Positions 61,186 through 64,000 of a stretch of 64,000 nucleotides of DNA are shown one piece after another (positions within the stretch are counted from its first letter, which is position 1; every line of letters starts with the position of its first letter). The stretch comes from Thermoanaerobaculia bacterium (GTDB lineage Bacteria > Acidobacteriota > Thermoanaerobaculia > UBA5066), in contig CAVRAY010000002.1 of NCBI GenBank assembly GCA_963719225.1, positions 495,032 to 559,031 on the forward strand, given 5' to 3'. A program made the translations under genes and the position numbers. The notes beneath the pieces are model-generated. The model did no database searches, had not been told where the DNA came from, and was given only the letters and a program-made list of their open reading frames with translations.

Positions 61186-61910
61186 TGGCGGATAGCTTCG
61201 TTGTCGGCGCCTACTGGGGGAGCCGGTCGGAGATGCCGGAGGGCTGCGCACAAAGGCTGAATCAACTGCTCGCCGGGCTGAAGTCCCTGGACCCGGTGTT
61301 TGCTGGATGGTTCGCAAAAGGGCCTTCTGCGGGAATAGACCGAACAAAGAATCTCTCGCCCGCGGACATCAATGATCTCGCTATGCGTGGAGTGAATCGG
61401 CGCGACCTCGGCGCCTCGCCCATCCCTGCGCTTGGCGTGCGAATCGGAGTTTGGAACGGCGGCCGCGAGGGAACGACCGCGGTGGGCATCAGCACGCGCT
61501 GTGGCTCCTTCGATGAGTCCGGCGGCGTGCCGGCCTTGAACTCACTTCTCATCAGCCTGCCGAATCAAGGCCCGGACGCCGATCGCATTCTCAACATCGA
61601 GGCACTTGAAGAAATGCTCGAAGTGGTCGTTCGCGCCTACGACCCGGACTGGGCGGTCGTGGCATCACGAGAACACATGAAGCTGTGGCCTTCTGGTCCT
61701 GAGGGCGGGCCCCACGCGGGCTGGATCACATATCTGTCCAGACGAAATAGAGAAGCGACGTTGGCGGCCAACGGTTTGGCCCTGAAACGCCTTGAGTTCG
61801 CTGCTTTCGGGACAGCCTGGGTCACGACGGAGGAGAGGTTTTCTCTTAGCAACCCCACTCACATCGCACAGGGGCGCGTGTTGGAACAAGCCATCAGCCG
61901 AAGACCGTAG
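61185..61910 (+). CDS. Putative immunity protein (Imm52-like by position)
   Basis: Track ORF 61182..61910. Its ATG overlaps the toxin stop (TGATG). Tox-REase-5 toxins are classically followed by Imm52. The family call is tentative. Confidence 0.55.
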   Translation: MADSFVVGAYWGSRSEMPEGCAQRLNQLLAGLKSLDPVFAGWFAKGPSAGIDRTKNLSPADINDLAMRGVNRRDLGASPIPALGVRIGVWNGGREGTTAVGISTRCGSFDESGGVPALNSLLISLPNQGPDADRILNIEALEEMLEVVVRAYDPDWAVVASREHMKLWPSGPEGGPHAGWITYLSRRNREATLAANGLALKRLEFAAFGTAWVTTEERFSLSNPTHIAQGRVLEQAISRRP

Positions 61911-61956
61911 ACGAATGTAGTGTCACCCGACCAGTCTCACTGCGGGTGTGTGCAGC

Positions 61957-62621
61957 GCTCTGGAGCGGGAGATGGGTGTGTCCCTCTTCGCGCGGGAGGG
62001 TCGCGGAAAGAGGCTGACGGCGGCGGGAGCGAGGCTGGCCGCGAAGGCCGCGGGCATCCCGGAGGGCGCGCGGCGATTGAAGGAGGATGTCGCCGGAGAG
62101 CCGGAGGTGCCCCGGGGGCCGGTGCGGGTGGGGGCCGGCGAGGCCGCCATCGTCTACTTCCTGCTTCCGCTTCTTCGACGGATTCGCGAGGCGTACCCGT
62201 CCCTGGCTCTCGAGGTGCGAAACCAGCGCGACATGGAGTCGTTCGATCAGTTGCTCGCGGGCGAGCTGGACCTGGCGGTTCGGTCCCGGGAGGCGCTGCC
62301 GCACGGTTTGAGGTTCGAGCCGCTGTTCGCGTCGGATCGAATGCTGATCGTGCCGCGTGGTCACGAGCTGGCGGGGAAGAAGCGCCCGACGCTCAGAGAC
62401 CTCGCTCGCCATGCGTTCGTGATCCCCCCGGCGGGTTCGACGTCGCGCCGCCTGATCGAGGCCGCGTTCCTGCGGGCCGGCCTGAGGCTGGAGATCGCGA
62501 TGGAGGCGGGAGGCTGGATGTCCATGGGCTGGTGACGCGGGAGGGCACCGCCGCCTCATCCGCAACGGCCGCCGTGAGGAGGGTGCTGGAGGAGGCGGGG
62601 AGGAGGGTGGGGTAGGGGGGG
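61957..62621 (+). repeat. LysR gene fragment, copy E
   Basis: It starts at ..ALEREMGVSLFAREGRGKRLTAAG... It has a large deletion after EAGGW, joining to DVHGLVTREGT.. (..GGCTGG|ATGTCCATGGG). The 3' end is the same as in the other copies. Confidence 0.85.
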
Positions 62622-62650
62622 ACCCACCTACGCCACGATAGAATGCTCGA

Positions 62651-62896
62651 GTGAGCCGAGACCCGCTGCTCGCCAGAATCACGCTGGACCCCAAGGTCAT
62701 GGTGGGGCAACCCGTGGTCCGTGGCACGCGCCTGACCGTCTCCTTCATCCTGGGCCGTCTCGCCCACGGATCCGCGGTGGAGGACCTGCTGAGCGAGTAT
62801 CGCGGGCTGACCCAGGAAGACGTTCAGGCCTGCCTGCTCTTCGCTGCGGAAGCGGTGGGCGACAACACCTTCGCCCCCCTCGCCAACGCGAAGTAA
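62651..62896 (+). CDS. DUF433 antitoxin-like protein
   Basis: Track ORF: ITLDPKVMVGQPVVRGTRLTVSFILGRLAHGSAVEDLLSEYRGLTQEDVQACLLFA. Confidence 0.8.
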   Translation: MSRDPLLARITLDPKVMVGQPVVRGTRLTVSFILGRLAHGSAVEDLLSEYRGLTQEDVQACLLFAAEAVGDNTFAPLANAK

Positions 62897-63080
62897 GTGC
62901 GTTTTCTCGTCGACGAATCGACGGGGCCTGACGTGGCGCGGTGGCTTCGAGCGCCCGGCAAACAAGAAGGCGGTTCTGGAGAGGCTCCTTCAGGGGCACG
63001 GTAAGGACATTCCCGGCAGTTTCGTCGTCGTGTCGGAGGACACCGTGAGGATCACGCGGTTCTCGGGTGGCGGGAGCTGA
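62897..63080 (+). pseudogene. DUF5615 (PIN-like) toxin with internal deletion
   Basis: GTG 62897 gives VRFLVDESTGPDVARWLRA (N-terminus). After a junction, a different frame gives NKKAVLERLLQGHGKDIPGSFVVVSEDTVRITR (C-terminus). The catalytic middle is missing. Confidence 0.55.
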
Positions 63081-63402
63081 GGCGTACCCGTCCCTGGCTC
63101 TCGAGGTGCGAAACCAGCGCGACATGGAGTCGTTCGATCAGCTGCTCGCGGGCGAGCTGGACCTCGCGGTTCGGTCCCGGGAGGCGCTGCCGCACGGTTT
63201 GAGGTTCGAGCCGCTGTTCGCGTCGGATCGAATGCTGATCGTGCCGCGTGGTCACCTCAGAAACCCCTCGCTCGCCATGCGTTCGTGATCCCCCCGGCGG
63301 CTGTCCATGGGCTGGTGACGCAGGAGGGCACCGGCGCCTCATCCGCAACGGCCGCCGTGAGAAGGGTGCTGGAGGAGGCGGGGAGGAGGGTGGGGTAGGG
63401 GG
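63079..63402 (+). repeat. LysR gene fragment, copy F
   Basis: The 5' boundary (GAGGCGTACCC) and the 27-nt deletion are the same as in copy B. There is a further large deletion (..CCGGCGG|CTGTCCATGGG). The 3' end is the same as in the other copies. Confidence 0.85.
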
Positions 63403-63417
63403 TAACATTCTGAAGGT

Positions 63418-63741
63418 ATGAGCCCCGCGCAAGTGCTTTCAAGCGGACGGATTACGGTGCCTCGGGAGGCCATTGCGGGCTTCTGCCGGAAGCACCACAT
63501 CCGGCGGCTGGCTCTGTTCGGGTCGGTGCTTCGAGACGACTTTCGAGGTGACAGCGACGTGGACGTCCTGGTCGAGTTCGAACCCACCCACGTTCCCGGG
63601 TTCTTCGGGCTTTTCGGAATGGAGCAGGAGCTTGGGGAGATCGTCGGCCGCAAGGTGGACCTGAACACGCCGGGCTCGCTGAGCAAGTACTTCCGGGCCC
63701 GGGTATTGGCCGAGGCCGTGCCGCTGCATGACGCGGCATGA
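63418..63741 (+). CDS. mntA: MNT nucleotidyltransferase antitoxin
   Basis: Track ORF: [24 protein letters not shown]. Confidence 0.85.
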   Translation: MSPAQVLSSGRITVPREAIAGFCRKHHIRRLALFGSVLRDDFRGDSDVDVLVEFEPTHVPGFFGLFGMEQELGEIVGRKVDLNTPGSLSKYFRARVLAEAVPLHDAA

Positions 63742-64000
63742 CGAGGACGCGCGCCTCCGGCACATGCTGGACGCTTCGCGCGAGGCCGTCGGCTTCGCGA
63801 AAGGGAGATCGAGAGCAGACCTGCACGCCGACCGCGGCTTGCAGCTGATTCTCACGAGGCTTCTCGAAATTGTCGGCGAGGCGGCGAACAAGGTGCCGCA
63901 GGCGACACGCGACCTCTACCCTGAGATTCCCTGGTCGGCCGCGATCGCGATCCGAAACCGCCTGATCCACGGCTACGAGGACGTCGACCTCGACATCGTC
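63728..64000 (+). CDS. hepT: HepT (DUF86) toxin, 3' end beyond window
   Basis: Own translation from ATG 63728, overlapping mnt by 14 nt: [76 protein letters not shown] (R-x4-H-x-Y motif). It is not in the track because no stop lies inside the window. Confidence 0.8.
   Translation, partial: MTRHDEDARLRHMLDASREAVGFAKGRSRADLHADRGLQLILTRLLEIVGEAANKVPQATRDLYPEIPWSAAIAIRNRLIHGYEDVDLDIV

Noticed and set aside
49437-63402. CRISPR array or classical integron as the explanation for the regularly recurring repeats
   Set aside because: The repeat units are 320-830 bp, of unequal length and clearly derived from a protein-coding gene. The intervening segments are 0.5-4.5 kb and encode genes. I see no 25-40-bp repeat, no attC-type imperfect hairpins and no intI or cas genes.

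Overview
High-GC bacterial chromosomal fragment. I recognised no rRNA, tRNA or CRISPR array by eye. All calls rest on the supplied ORF track plus my own hand translation of stretches the track misses. No searches were run, so family names are motif-based. Layout: (i) 1-26.6 kb holds mostly housekeeping and envelope genes. These are a minus-strand operon (giant secreted repeat protein -> alpha-2-macroglobulin with CTEQ thioester -> pbpC), a BNR/sortilin-like hydrolase, an RCK-gated K+ channel, a translationally coupled Fic -> class-V aminotransferase -> APC permease operon, a GH47-like gene, a rhodanese, a beta-lactamase-fold serine hydrolase, a YjbR-like protein and a CHRD protein. (ii) 26.6-29.4 kb is a toxin-antitoxin (TA) islet: phd/doc, DUF433/DUF5615, hicB, higBA, UPF0175/DUF3368. 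(iii) 29.8-49.3 kb is a visibly AT-richer defence island. It carries a WYL regulator with a duplicated 3' end, a GIY-YIG protein, a giant RecB-like nuclease/Upf1-like helicase gene, a dcm-vsr-MORC-like ATPase-Z1-PD-(D/E)XK-AIPR cluster, an EVE-domain nuclease split by an IS3-family element, and an NDT/TIR-like protein. (iv) 49.4-64 kb is the most unusual part. Six co-oriented fragments of one LysR-type gene, all ending at the same nucleotide, separate six cassettes that carry TA modules and two paralogous RHS-end polymorphic toxin/immunity loci. By my count about 29 reading-frame breaks are concentrated in nuclease, toxin and methylase genes, while more than 20 kb of other long ORFs are clean. 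Whether this is real decay or assembly error cannot be decided from the sequence alone.
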